Source: a bacterium (GTDB lineage: Bacteria > UBA8248). Taken from it: a stretch of DNA of 64,000 bases. Of this stretch, positions 37,904 through 47,948 are shown piece after piece. Each line of letters opens with the position of its first letter. The stretch's first letter is position 1. Position numbers and translations under genes: made by a program. The DNA lies in NCBI GenBank assembly GCA_965261085.1, contig OZ253442.1:288001-352000 (forward strand). Direction: 5' to 3'. The notes beneath the pieces were generated by a model. The model searched no databases and was not told the origin of the DNA. It saw nothing but the letters and a program-made list of their open reading frames with translations.

Positions 37904-39133
37904 TTAAAACGCCTTGTCGATCACGATTCGCACGTCCTTGGCTCCCACCCGCACGGGGCGCGCCGTGCGGCCTTCCAGATCGCCTGCGCCGGCGGGACCC
38001 GCCGAACCATCCGCGTCCAGGCGCGCTGCGAGCGAAACCATTCCCTCGAAAGGAACGCCGGGAATCATCACGTTTCTCTTTGATATCTCAAACGCCAGCG
38101 GGAACCTCGGATTCGCCACGCGCACGACCGCCAGCGGGGGACCTCCTCCACCCTTGCGCGCGATCAAAAACAAGACGGGCTTGCCCCCGGTCTTGGAGCG
38201 CAAGGCGGGAGCAACCTCGATGGTGCCCGAAATCACTCCTTCTTTCCCTTGTGTCTGAGCGGGTTTTCTCTCCCCTGCTCCTTTTACCTCTTGCGCCAAA
38301 AGGATCTCCACATCGCGCGCGCCCACCTGAACCGGCCCGCGAGTGCCGCCGAAAATATCGCCCGCCTGCGTCCCGACCTTTCCGTCGCCATCGAGCTTGG
38401 CGATGAGGCTGACCTCACCTGCGAACGCCACCCCCTGGAGCATCACGTTTTGCTCGCTCATGGTGAACTCCAGGGGAAAGCTGGGATTGAGAATCCGCAT
38501 GACCGCCAGGGGCGGGCCGGGCTGCTTACCACGCGCGATGATGAAAATAGCCGTCTTGCCCTTCGCCTTTTCCGCCAGTGCGGGGGCGACGCGAACCACG
38601 CCGCGAATCGTCTTGCCACTCGCGGTGGGTGGCTTTGCCTGCGAAGACGAGACCGGCTTTGGAAGAGATTTTTTCACCACCTTCGGTGGGGGCGCGGTAC
38701 CGATTTTATCGATCACCATGTCCACGTTCTTCGCACCCACGGTAACCACGCCGGAGGTCCTCCCCTCGAAATCACCTTTGACCAGTGGCCCGGGGACGCC
38801 ATCCGCATCGAGGCGGGCGCGCACGCGGACACGGCCGGCAAATTTCTGCCCGCGAATCATCACGTCGTCTTTTGTGATGACGTAGCTATAGGGAAACCTC
38901 GTCTCCACGAGACGCTGCACGGCCAGGGGCGGGCCACCTCCCTCGCGCTCCAGTATGATGAAGAGCGTGCGCGTGCGCCACGCCTTTACAGGCAGCTTCC
39001 CGCTCATCCGAATGACGCCCGAGACGGATTTTTCCGGCGGGCCGAGTGCGGGCAGCAGATCGCAACCACCCAGAATCAATGAGAAACAAATCGACGCAAG
39101 AGCGACGCAGGAATTTTCGAATATGCGCATCAT
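37904..39133 (-). CDS. Lipoprotein with three CycH/CcmI C-terminal-like domains
   Basis: Lipobox LILGGC; three repeats of G...F(I/L)I...PPLAV.R...FP...VM..G..F.G.V...A(R/K)LD.DG...GD..G...VGA..V.I. Confidence 0.7.
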   Translation of the reverse strand: MMRIFENSCVALASICFSLILGGCDLLPALGPPEKSVSGVIRMSGKLPVKAWRTRTLFIILEREGGGPPLAVQRLVETRFPYSYVITKDDVMIRGQKFAGRVRVRARLDADGVPGPLVKGDFEGRTSGVVTVGAKNVDMVIDKIGTAPPPKVVKKSLPKPVSSSQAKPPTASGKTIRGVVRVAPALAEKAKGKTAIFIIARGKQPGPPLAVMRILNPSFPLEFTMSEQNVMLQGVAFAGEVSLIAKLDGDGKVGTQAGDIFGGTRGPVQVGARDVEILLAQEVKGAGERKPAQTQGKEGVISGTIEVAPALRSKTGGKPVLFLIARKGGGGPPLAVVRVANPRFPLAFEISKRNVMIPGVPFEGMVSLAARLDADGSAGPAGAGDLEGRTARPVRVGAKDVRIVIDKAF

Positions 39134-40065
39134 GGGCTTTTCCCTGGTGAGTTCGCCCGTAAAAAGGCTTCCACCTCGTTCAGGCGGGGAATCGCGGCCC
39201 TTCCCCCGAGAGCGGTGCAGTTCATCGCGGCGACCGCGTTTGCGAAGCGCAACGTATCCTCAAGACCCATCTTTCGCAATACGCCGTACAAAAACCCGGC
39301 ATGAAACGCATCCCCCGCCCCCGTGGTATCCACCACATCCACGTGAAAGCCCGGCGATACATAAAACCGCGCTCCATCGTATGCGAGCGCGCCGCAACCA
39401 CCCAGGGTGACGCCCACCACTTTGGGCCCCATCGCGTGCAGCAAGCGCAAGGCTTCGCGGTGATCGGAAACGCCGGTGAGCAGAGCGGGGAAATCCTCCG
39501 CCGCCATCAGGTAATCCGTGAGTCCGATGAGTTCTTCGATTCCCTCGGGCGCGCGCTCCGCATCCAGGAACACAGGCGCGCCCTCCTCGCGCGCCCACCG
39601 GGCGGCCAGGATTTCCGCCTCGATTTGGTGGCCGTCCAAATGCAGGGAGCGGCCTGCTCTCACAACCTCCTCGCGCACATCTTCGGGAGCCAGTGAGACC
39701 TCGCGCCGCCACAGAATCGTCCGCGAGCCTTTCTCCTCCTCGTCGCCTTCTTGCTGCACGATGATCAGGGCGAACTGGCTCGCGCGTCCTTTCTGGGTGA
39801 TGACGCCGTCTACGTTCACGCCCTCCGCCTTCAAACTCGCAAGAGAAAACGCGCCCGTCTCATCGTCACCCACCGCGCCGATGTAGGCCGCGCACAAACC
39901 CAGACGCGCCAGCGCCACCATTGCCGTCGCCGCCTGGCCGCCACCCTCGCGCGCCATCTCCAGAATCCCGCTCTTGGTGTTGGCCTGCGGATACTCATTC
40001 ACCACGCAGAACTGATCCACTGAATTCAAGCCGATTCCCACGACGTCGAATTTTTTCTGCGTCAT
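39130..40065 (-). CDS. PfkB-family carbohydrate kinase
   Basis: GGQAAT...ARLG, GAVGDD and VVDTTGAGDAFHAG. Confidence 0.92.
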   Translation of the reverse strand: MTQKKFDVVGIGLNSVDQFCVVNEYPQANTKSGILEMAREGGGQAATAMVALARLGLCAAYIGAVGDDETGAFSLASLKAEGVNVDGVITQKGRASQFALIIVQQEGDEEEKGSRTILWRREVSLAPEDVREEVVRAGRSLHLDGHQIEAEILAARWAREEGAPVFLDAERAPEGIEELIGLTDYLMAAEDFPALLTGVSDHREALRLLHAMGPKVVGVTLGGCGALAYDGARFYVSPGFHVDVVDTTGAGDAFHAGFLYGVLRKMGLEDTLRFANAVAAMNCTALGGRAAIPRLNEVEAFLRANSPGKSP

Positions 40066-40082
40066 GAAAGGAAGTTTCCGCT

Positions 40083-40835
40083 TCAGATGAATTCGCGCAG
40101 GCGAACACCTTCGGGGTCTGCGGCGCCGAGTGCGGCGCGCTCGGCGGCGGTGGGTTCCGGCGTGGTGGGCACAGGTTCCAGATCGCCCAGGTCGAATCCC
40201 GTGGCCGCACGCAAGGCATCGGGCGTCACATCCTGGTGAATCGACTTGACCCGGAGGCGGCCATCCACCTTTTCAAATATGCACAAGGGAGTCACGACCC
40301 CCTCCACGTTGCCCGAGGCGGTCACGAAATCGCAACGCTCCGGAAAGCTCCTCGCGTCGTGCACCGTCCGCCAGAGCACAGTGCGCCTGGCCGTGGGCAG
40401 AATATGCGCACTGCCCGCACCACCCGGAAGGCGCACCTTGGGTGCCGCAGGATCCCCGATGAAGGAGAGGTTCATGTCACCGCGCTCGTCGATTTGCGCT
40501 CCACCCAGGAACGCCAGGTCGAGCTTGCCGCGAGCGGATAGATCAAAGATTTCCATCAAGTTGAAATAGGAAAGCGCGCCTTCCATGAGCTGCCGCGCCA
40601 CCGTGGAGCCCGGAAGATAGGAAGGCCTGGGGTCCACGCCGCCCGGTATGTTCAGATAGGTCAGGTTCGGCGCATGGGTTTTCCGGGCCATGACGATCGC
40701 CGACATCGGCAGCGGAGAGGCCACGCCGTGGAATACGAGTTCCCCATCGCGAATGAATCTGGACAGGAAAACCGCCATCTTATCGGCGAGGGCGCACACC
40801 TCCTCGGACGCGCCTTCACGCAAGTCGACGCTCAT
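40083..40835 (-). CDS. CoA-transferase beta subunit (glutaconate CoA-transferase-like)
   Basis: FLGGAQIDERGDMN, RLPGGAG and HDARSF; ATG at 40835. Confidence 0.85.
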   Translation of the reverse strand: MSVDLREGASEEVCALADKMAVFLSRFIRDGELVFHGVASPLPMSAIVMARKTHAPNLTYLNIPGGVDPRPSYLPGSTVARQLMEGALSYFNLMEIFDLSARGKLDLAFLGGAQIDERGDMNLSFIGDPAAPKVRLPGGAGSAHILPTARRTVLWRTVHDARSFPERCDFVTASGNVEGVVTPLCIFEKVDGRLRVKSIHQDVTPDALRAATGFDLGDLEPVPTTPEPTAAERAALGAADPEGVRLREFI

Positions 40836-41674
40836 GCGACGCCCCCGGAGGCCGCCGCGCTTACCGCATAATCGTGCTCCTCCCAGGAATCCAGATGGGC
40901 GCGCAGGGTTTCCGTACGAGAGGCCGAATCGAGGTACGCGCCCACCGCGTCCTCGTCGATATCGTAAAACGGATGGCATCCCCCGGGCCGCGCTCCTCCC
41001 GGCGTATGCACGACCGCCTGCACCATAAAGGCGGGAATCGCCGTTCTGTCGGGTTTCTCGACGAAAAACGCGGTCTCCTCGATTCGCTCTGCCGTCAGAA
41101 TCACCGCCTCGGCCGCTCTGGACATCAAGACGTCCTCGAACGCGCCGCCATCTATCCGCGCGTTCCCCTCCGCGTCGGCATACGTCACGTGGAGAACCGC
41201 GAACCGGGGCCTGATCCTGGGAACCATATAGACCAACCCGCCCGTGTAGGGATCCTTGACCTGCCGGAAACCCGTATGCGCCGCCACGTCGCTGCCCTCC
41301 AGACCCGCCGTGGGCTGGCTCGGGAGACCATAGGCGGAAGCCCTGAGGCCTGCGATGACCGTGGAACAGGCGTGTTCCACCACCTGCACGCGGCCTTCCT
41401 CCACGCTGCGGCGGTAGGAAGGCGCCAAGCCGAAGAGGTTCTCGAATCCCACGTAGCCCGTCTGCGTCTGCGCCACGGCCCCCGCCGCACACAGCAAGTC
41501 GACATCATAGGCGCCGGCCGTCTTCACGAGACGCAAACCCTTCCGCCCCTGCCGAGCGAGTTCCCGGACGAAGGCGGCGGGAATCCTCGTGAGCGCGTTT
41601 CCGCCCAAAGCGAGCAAATCTCCATCCTGCACGAAGGCTGCCGCTTGCGTGAGAGACATTATCTTGCCTGCCAT
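40832..41674 (-). CDS. CoA-transferase alpha subunit (glutaconate CoA-transferase-like)
   Basis: VQDGDLLALGG, GLAPSYRR, ADAEGN and GARPGGC; GAGGAG RBS before ATG 41674. Confidence 0.85.
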   Translation of the reverse strand: MAGKIMSLTQAAAFVQDGDLLALGGNALTRIPAAFVRELARQGRKGLRLVKTAGAYDVDLLCAAGAVAQTQTGYVGFENLFGLAPSYRRSVEEGRVQVVEHACSTVIAGLRASAYGLPSQPTAGLEGSDVAAHTGFRQVKDPYTGGLVYMVPRIRPRFAVLHVTYADAEGNARIDGGAFEDVLMSRAAEAVILTAERIEETAFFVEKPDRTAIPAFMVQAVVHTPGGARPGGCHPFYDIDEDAVGAYLDSASRTETLRAHLDSWEEHDYAVSAAASGGVA

Positions 41675-41811
41675 CGACTCCTCCTCGTCGTGATTACCAG
41701 AACCCCGATTATCCCCCAGAGGCGCGCGCCTCTCAAGGCGGGCGAGCGGACGCACCGCGAAGTTCACGCATAAGGGGTTGAATTTTTTTCAAAAAGACAG
41801 ATTTCCCCTAT

Positions 41812-41840
41812 TTGACAAGAACATCCATATTTCCTAGGCT
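41812..41840 (+). promoter_or_regulatory. sigma70-type promoter for scpAB
   Basis: TTGACA-N17-TAGGCT with AT-rich upstream DNA. Confidence 0.6.
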
Positions 41841-41936
41841 TAAAAGTAATTCTGGGGCAATGGAGAGCCTCCCCGCCCACAGGCTCGTCAAATTGCCCGC
41901 CTAACGCTCCTCACGTTCCGCCCATCCGGGGTCTGC

Positions 41937-42866
41937 ATGAATCCCCAGAAAAATACACTGGCTCCTGAAGGTCCGGCTGCGCCTTCAGAGGTATTTGATC
42001 TGGCCGACCTCCCATTGGGCCGGGACATGTCCGCAGGAAATCCCGAGAACTGGGAAATCCTGGAAACTTCTCCCGCGACCGAGGCGGATTCTCCCGTGAG
42101 CAGCGTCGCCGCTCCCGGCATTCCCGATGATTCGGAGCGATTCAACGTCAAAATCGACGTCTTCGAAGGGCCGCTCGAACTGTTGCTCCATCTGGTGCGC
42201 GAGCACAAGCTGGACATCCACGATATTCCGGTCGCCTTCATCACGGATCAATACCTGAAATACGTGGAACTGCTCAAAAAGCTGAACATCAACATGGCGT
42301 CGGAATACCTCGTCATGGCTTCCTACCTGGTCTACATCAAAAGCAGAACGCTTCTGCCCCGAACCGAAGATGCCATAGAAGAGGAAGACCCCGAAGTCCT
42401 GCGCCAGGAACTCCAGCGCCAGCTCATCGAATACCAGAAATTCAAAAAAATCAGCCAGGTGTTCCGCCACGCCGAGGAGGAGCAATCCTGGCTCTATACG
42501 CGGAGCGGTGACCCTCTCCTGCTGGAGGATAACGAGGAAGAAGAAGCGCCCAAACTGCAAGTGACGGTGTTCGACCTCATCAGCGCGATGCAGCATCTCA
42601 TCGAATCCATCGGGGAAGAGGGCGTTTACCTCGTGGACATCGATGAGCTCGAAGTCGCCGACATGAGAACCAAACTGCTGGACACCCTGGAGAATGCAGG
42701 CGAGCAGGGCATCTATTTCCACTCATTGTTCCAAACGAGGCGCACGCTGGAAGTGGTGGCGATATTTCTGGCGCTCTTAGAACTCATCAAGGGAAATCTC
42801 ATCGTGGCGCATCAGGCGTCGAATTTCGGAGAAATCCGTATTACGAAGGCGGTGAATGATGAATAA
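41937..42866 (+). CDS. scpA: Segregation and condensation protein A
   Basis: FEGPLELLLHL, ASEYLVMAS, KSRTLLP, FLALLEL and FGEI. Confidence 0.93.
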   Translation: MNPQKNTLAPEGPAAPSEVFDLADLPLGRDMSAGNPENWEILETSPATEADSPVSSVAAPGIPDDSERFNVKIDVFEGPLELLLHLVREHKLDIHDIPVAFITDQYLKYVELLKKLNINMASEYLVMASYLVYIKSRTLLPRTEDAIEEEDPEVLRQELQRQLIEYQKFKKISQVFRHAEEEQSWLYTRSGDPLLLEDNEEEEAPKLQVTVFDLISAMQHLIESIGEEGVYLVDIDELEVADMRTKLLDTLENAGEQGIYFHSLFQTRRTLEVVAIFLALLELIKGNLIVAHQASNFGEIRITKAVNDE

Positions 42867-43839
42867 TTCTCAACCAGAAAATCAGGAAACAGCGCAGATA
42901 GAAACGGAAGCTCCCTTCGAACTCGCGGAGGATGGGGCGTCGTCTCCGGACGCAGCGGCCAAGGCTCTGGCGGAGCATCAGATGGAGGCGATGGAGGAGC
43001 TTCGCGAGGAGACGCCTTTCGAAATCGATGAGTCGCAAGATCGCCTCGAAGTGGCCGAAGACGCGCCCGATGACGAGGAAGCCGGAGAAATCGATAAGGA
43101 CGCGCCGCTCGTCATGGACCTCGTTGAGACGAAAAAAATTATCGAATCCATCCTCTTCGTCGCAAGCGAGCCGCTCAGACCACGGGACCTCTCTTTTCTG
43201 TTCAAGGGCGTATCCAACGTGAACGCCAAGGTCGTCCGAAAACTCCTGGCCGAACTGGTGGAAGAATATCAGGAGAAAACCTTGCAGATCATCGAAGTGG
43301 CTGAGGGCTTCCGCCTGTGCACGCGCGCAGAGTTCTCCCCCTGGGTGAAACGGTTCTCCAAAACGGCAAAGAAAACCAAGCTGTCCCAGGCGGCGCTCGA
43401 AACCCTGGCCATCCTGGCCTACAAGCAGCCCATTACCAAAGCGGAGGTCGAAGAGATCAGGCGGGTGGATTGCGGCGGCGTGGTGCATACCCTGCTTGAG
43501 CGCGGCCTCATCCGCATCCTGGGACGTCGGGATGTCGTGGGCCGGCCCATCGTTTATGGCACCACCCCCTTGTTCCTGGAGCATTTCGGCTTCAAGAACC
43601 TCTCGGATATGCCGAAGCCCGAGGAGTTCGAAACGTCCGAAAGACTGGATTTAGGACCATCGGAAGGTATAGAGGAAATCATCGCGCTCGACGCCGAGGA
43701 AGAGACACCGCCACCCAACGGCCAGTCAAACGGACATGAGAACGGCCATGCGGACGCGGGCGCCGTCCCTGACGAGGCGCTCACGGAAGCGGCCACTGCG
43801 CCCGAAGATCTCGATAAGAAGTTGGAGAACACAGCCTGA
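42856..43839 (+). CDS. scpB: Segregation and condensation protein B
   Basis: IESILFV, LSQAALETLAILAYKQPIT and GRPIVYGTT..FLEHFG. Confidence 0.95.
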   Translation: MMNNSQPENQETAQIETEAPFELAEDGASSPDAAAKALAEHQMEAMEELREETPFEIDESQDRLEVAEDAPDDEEAGEIDKDAPLVMDLVETKKIIESILFVASEPLRPRDLSFLFKGVSNVNAKVVRKLLAELVEEYQEKTLQIIEVAEGFRLCTRAEFSPWVKRFSKTAKKTKLSQAALETLAILAYKQPITKAEVEEIRRVDCGGVVHTLLERGLIRILGRRDVVGRPIVYGTTPLFLEHFGFKNLSDMPKPEEFETSERLDLGPSEGIEEIIALDAEEETPPPNGQSNGHENGHADAGAVPDEALTEAATAPEDLDKKLENTA

Positions 43840-43867
43840 CGAAACCCTCGCGATTCTGGTAAAACCA

Positions 43868-43901
43868 AAAGGAGGAGAGCCTGGGCTTTCCTCCTTTTTT
43901 T
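43868..43901 (+). terminator. Intrinsic terminator after scpB
   Basis: GGAGGAGAGCC/GGCTTTCCTCC stem followed by T7. Confidence 0.75.
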
Positions 43902-43944
43902 CCACGCGCGGCGGGGTTAAACCGTCTTCTCTTAAGGGTCGAAC

Positions 43945-44889
43945 ATGCGTTTTGGAATCATGGCGACAGGAGGCGTGGGCGGCTACTTCGGCCCCATGCT
44001 GGCGAGGGGCGGTAAAGATGTCGCCTTCATCGCGCGCGGCGCGCACCTGGAAGCCATGCGAAAAAACGGGCTTCGCGTGGAAAGCGTAACCCCCGGAGAA
44101 TTCAGCGTACAAGAAGGAGTGTTCACGGATTCTCCTGTGGAAGCAGGCGTGTGCGACGTCATTCTCTACTGCGTGAAAACGACCGCCAACGACGCCGCCA
44201 TTCCCGCCATAGCACCCATGGTCGGCCCGGACACGGTAATCATCAACCTGCAAAACGGCGTGGACAACGAGAAAAAACTCGCGGCCGTCTACGGCGCTAA
44301 GCGGGTGATGGGGGGGGCCGCCTACATTTTCACCTCCATCGCGGGACCGGGGCGCATTCGGCAAATCGGCGGGCCGAGGCGGCTGGTTTTCGGCGAACTT
44401 AGAGGAGGCGCAAGCGAACGGGGCGATGAGATACTGGCCGAACTGAAAGAGGCGGAAATCAACGCGGAATACTCAGTAGACATCGAGGCGGAGCTTTGGA
44501 CGAAGTTCATCTTCATCTGCGCGGTCGGCGGAATGACGGCGCTCACGCGCTCTACCATCGGCGAAGTCATGGCCTATGAGGGCACCCGGAAGATGATGCG
44601 CGAGACGATGCGAGAGGTTTATCTCGTAGGCCGGGCCAGGGGCGTGCGCCTTCCCGAGGGCGCGGATGAGGGCCGCTACCGCTTTTTGGATGAGCAAAAC
44701 CCGGCCAGCAAGGGCAGCCTGTGCCACGACCTGGAAGCGGGCAGACGTCTCGAGGTCGACGCGCTGTGCGGAACAGTCTCCCGCATCGGGACGGAGGTGG
44801 GCGTGAAAACGCCGTGTAACGATTTCATCTTCCACACACTGAAACTCGCCGACCTTCAAATTGCGGGCGAAGTGAAACCCGCATCATGA
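43945..44889 (+). CDS. panE: Ketopantoate reductase family protein
   Basis: ATGGVGGYFG, CVK, LQNG, LWTKF and SLCHDL..GRRLE. Confidence 0.85.
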   Translation: MRFGIMATGGVGGYFGPMLARGGKDVAFIARGAHLEAMRKNGLRVESVTPGEFSVQEGVFTDSPVEAGVCDVILYCVKTTANDAAIPAIAPMVGPDTVIINLQNGVDNEKKLAAVYGAKRVMGGAAYIFTSIAGPGRIRQIGGPRRLVFGELRGGASERGDEILAELKEAEINAEYSVDIEAELWTKFIFICAVGGMTALTRSTIGEVMAYEGTRKMMRETMREVYLVGRARGVRLPEGADEGRYRFLDEQNPASKGSLCHDLEAGRRLEVDALCGTVSRIGTEVGVKTPCNDFIFHTLKLADLQIAGEVKPAS

Positions 44890-44988
44890 GCGCGGCGATC
44901 ACTCACTTACATTTCCCCGCCATACGCGACGTGGCAATCTTTCCGCAACCCCCATTCACCCACACCAATACATGGAGATGCGCTTTCG

Positions 44989-45456
44989 ATGGCCCGAAAA
45001 TACTGGCTCATGAAGAGCGAACCGGACGCATATTCGTTTGACGATCTGATGGCCGAACCCGAGCAGACCGCCTGTTGGGACGGCATCAGAAACTATCAGG
45101 CCAGAAATTTCATGATGGAGATGAAGGTGGGCGACTTCGTTCTCTTTTATCATTCGAGCGCGAAGCCGCCCCACGTGGCGGGCACCGCCCGGGTGGCGCG
45201 GGAATCCTACCCCGATCACACCCAATACGACGAGAAATCGAAATACTACGACCCGAAAGCTCCCGCCGACGCCCCCCGCTGGCACATGGTCGATTTACAG
45301 GCGATGGAAAAACTCCCCCGGCCCGTTTCGCTCAACGAACTGAAGGAAAATTCCAGGCTGGCCGATATGCGCGTCACCCAGAAAGGACAACGCCTGAGCG
45401 TTCAGCCCGTGACCAAAAAGGAATTCGACGAAGTGTTGCGCATGGCGAGGAACTGA
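44989..45456 (+). CDS. EVE domain protein
   Basis: YWLMKSEP, WDGIRNYQARN, FYHS and RLSVQPV. Confidence 0.93.
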   Translation: MARKYWLMKSEPDAYSFDDLMAEPEQTACWDGIRNYQARNFMMEMKVGDFVLFYHSSAKPPHVAGTARVARESYPDHTQYDEKSKYYDPKAPADAPRWHMVDLQAMEKLPRPVSLNELKENSRLADMRVTQKGQRLSVQPVTKKEFDEVLRMARN

Positions 45457-45484
45457 TGTTCGCAGCGCGCAGAACCGGCGCCTC

Positions 45485-46903
45485 CTAGCTCGCGAGACGC
45501 TGCTTCATAGCCTCGAAGTCCGCTTCGAAGAAGAACTCATCCTCCCCGAACGCAGGTTTGAGCCCGGTGAGCCAGGTGGTGTTTTCGTCATACTCGGCGA
45601 AGAAGACGCGGCCCATCCATTCGGGGTTTCTCGCCTGAAGGAACTGAAGCGCGAACACACGCTCGCCGCGGATCTCCTCGACCCCTAAGACTTGCACCTT
45701 GCCGGGTGCTGCGCTCATTGTGGGCCCGCGCGCGGTTCGCGCCAGACCCGACACCTGGGAGATGGCTTTTCGGTAAATCGCATGAGCTTGCGCCAGAGGC
45801 AACTCGAAGTAGCGCTTGGCGCCCGTGTCCCTTTCCACGAACATGTAATAGGGTATCAGACCCAGCCGAACCTGCTCTTTCCACATGCTCGCCCACATAT
45901 CCGCGTCGTCGTTGATATGCCTGAGAAGCGGCGCCTGCGTCCTGATGACGGCGCCCGTATCCCGCACTCTTCTGATCGCCTCGCGCGCCATCGGGGTCTC
46001 GACTTCACGCTTGTGATTGAAATGCGCCATGATGGCTACGTGCTTGCCCCCCTTCACCAGCTTCTCTAAAAGGCGAAGCACATCGTCCGCATCGGCGTCC
46101 GAGGTGAAGCGATACGGCCAGAAGGTCAGAGCCTTCGTGCCGATACGGATATCGCGGATGTGAGCGAAGCGCGAATCGTCGAGCAGGGGCAGCATATAGC
46201 CTTCGAGCGCCTTGGTTTTCATGATCATGGGATCCCCGCCGGTGAAGAGGACGTCCGTCACCTCCTTATGCTCGGCGAGATACCTGTGGAGGATGTCCCC
46301 GTCCGTGGAGATGAAGCGCAGTTCCTTGTCTCCCACGAACTGCGCCCAGCGGAAACAGAAGGTGCAGTAGGCGTGGCACGTCTGTCCCTGACCGGGGAAG
46401 AAGAGCACCGTTTCATGGTATTTGTGCTGCATGCCCCCCAGGTGCTCATCATCGAGGGTGGGCACGTTCAGCGCCTGCTGTCCGCCGGGGTGCGGGTTCA
46501 GGCCGGCCCTGATCTCGTGGATGGCGGCGTGGAGTTGGTCCTTGGGCGCGTCTCGCCTCAACAGGTCCGCCACGCACTCAAAATCCTCTTTCGAGATCAT
46601 TCCCTCCTGGGGAAAAGAGAGCTGAAACAAGGGGTCCTCGGGCACATTGTCCCAATCGATGAGATTCTCCACCATGTAGCGATTCGTGCGGAAGGGCAGC
46701 ACATGCCCCACCACCTTCATGCTGAAGCGAATGTCCTCGGGCAGGCTCTGTAACTCGGGAACTTTGTCTATTTGCTGGACCACAATCGGCTTGTAGCGAG
46801 GCGGTTCCAGGGAAATCAGGTTCTGGCCGTTCGGGCCGCCGTTACCGGCTTTGGCTGTTCCCGCCTCAGTCGGAACGGGATTCTCTGAAGATGGTATGTT
46901 CAT
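45485..46903 (-). CDS. KamA-family radical SAM protein (lysine 2,3-aminomutase-like)
   Basis: HKY, CHAYCTFCFR, TGGDP, QAPLL, PYYMF and PGK. Confidence 0.88.
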   Translation of the reverse strand: MNIPSSENPVPTEAGTAKAGNGGPNGQNLISLEPPRYKPIVVQQIDKVPELQSLPEDIRFSMKVVGHVLPFRTNRYMVENLIDWDNVPEDPLFQLSFPQEGMISKEDFECVADLLRRDAPKDQLHAAIHEIRAGLNPHPGGQQALNVPTLDDEHLGGMQHKYHETVLFFPGQGQTCHAYCTFCFRWAQFVGDKELRFISTDGDILHRYLAEHKEVTDVLFTGGDPMIMKTKALEGYMLPLLDDSRFAHIRDIRIGTKALTFWPYRFTSDADADDVLRLLEKLVKGGKHVAIMAHFNHKREVETPMAREAIRRVRDTGAVIRTQAPLLRHINDDADMWASMWKEQVRLGLIPYYMFVERDTGAKRYFELPLAQAHAIYRKAISQVSGLARTARGPTMSAAPGKVQVLGVEEIRGERVFALQFLQARNPEWMGRVFFAEYDENTTWLTGLKPAFGEDEFFFEADFEAMKQRLAS

Positions 46904-47146
46904 TTCCTTGCCCTCCTGCGCTTGACGTTCAAGTCGATTCGTTCGTCGTCGGTTCTCTCGTCTTCCTTATATTAATTTAGTTCTATCTTTCGCGATGCGC
47001 CATACCCGCATCGGCATCATACTAGCATGAATCGACCGGGAAGGCTTGCTTTCGCAATAATACGCCGCACGAAACCGATAATTCGTAAAAAGGCGAAGAA
47101 ACCCCCACATATGCGGCGTCTGCCGAACAGGCGGGGTTTCCCCCTC

Positions 47147-47890
47147 TTAATGCGGCATGTGGGCGGGGTTCCAGAACTCGCCCGTTCGAATGGTGTGGGC
47201 CTGCCGATCTCCGTCCGGATGCCAGCTATCCTCGTTCTTGCGCGCCTGTTCCTCGAAATCATACTCGACCCGGTGGATTTCCCCTTCCCATTTCCCGCCT
47301 CCCTGATATTCGAGCAGGACGTAGGCGGGGCGGTTGTCCCCATCCCAGTTCACCGCAGCGGAAGCGGCGCATACGAAGGTCTGGTTCCCGACTTGTCGGA
47401 TATAGGGGCCGTGCACCTGCCCGAAGGCCACGATTTCGGATTTCTCCCCCGCCAGTCGTTCGATGATCTCATCATCACGCAAACGAAGCGGGAGCGCGCC
47501 CTCGTCATTGCCCGGCGCGCCGTGAAAGATGCGAAGATCGTGCCCGGGTTCGGGCGTAATCGTCAGTTCGCGCGGCAGACCCCGAAGCCAGTGGAGTTGT
47601 TCTTCAGTGAGGTGTTCGCGCGTCAGGCGGGAGCTCTCGTTTCTCCCGGGAAAGGGGTTGTCCTGCTCATCGACATGCTCGATGACCCAGCGATCGAAAT
47701 TTCCCAGTATGGGCAAACAGTTTTCCCGGGAACGGAGGCGATCGACCACTTCGCCCGGCTCAGGCCCGCCCATGACGTGATCTCCGGGCACGATCTCCCA
47801 GTGTACGTCGTCGTGCTTGTCGATTTCCGCCAGAACGACGTCCAGAGGCGTGAGCTGGGCATGAATATCGGAATAGAGCGCCAGTTTCAT
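47147..47890 (-). CDS. Metallophosphoesterase family protein
   Basis: SDIH, GD, GNFD, FHG, GQVH and RVEYD. Confidence 0.8.
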   Translation of the reverse strand: MKLALYSDIHAQLTPLDVVLAEIDKHDDVHWEIVPGDHVMGGPEPGEVVDRLRSRENCLPILGNFDRWVIEHVDEQDNPFPGRNESSRLTREHLTEEQLHWLRGLPRELTITPEPGHDLRIFHGAPGNDEGALPLRLRDDEIIERLAGEKSEIVAFGQVHGPYIRQVGNQTFVCAASAAVNWDGDNRPAYVLLEYQGGGKWEGEIHRVEYDFEEQARKNEDSWHPDGDRQAHTIRTGEFWNPAHMPH

Positions 47891-47948
47891 TCTTGATTCT
47901 CCATAAATGATGTGCGAATATCCAATATGATATGTGGCGATGAGCGCG

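Noticed and set aside
40836-41492. Long upstream extensions or apparent fusions in the ORF track (40083-41492, 60527-62167, 26408-27889, 19630-20346)
   Set aside because: The extensions overlap genuine neighbouring genes in another frame, and the true starts are internal
47027-47896. 289-aa plus-strand ORF
   Set aside because: It is antisense to the metallophosphoesterase, which carries the recognisable motifs
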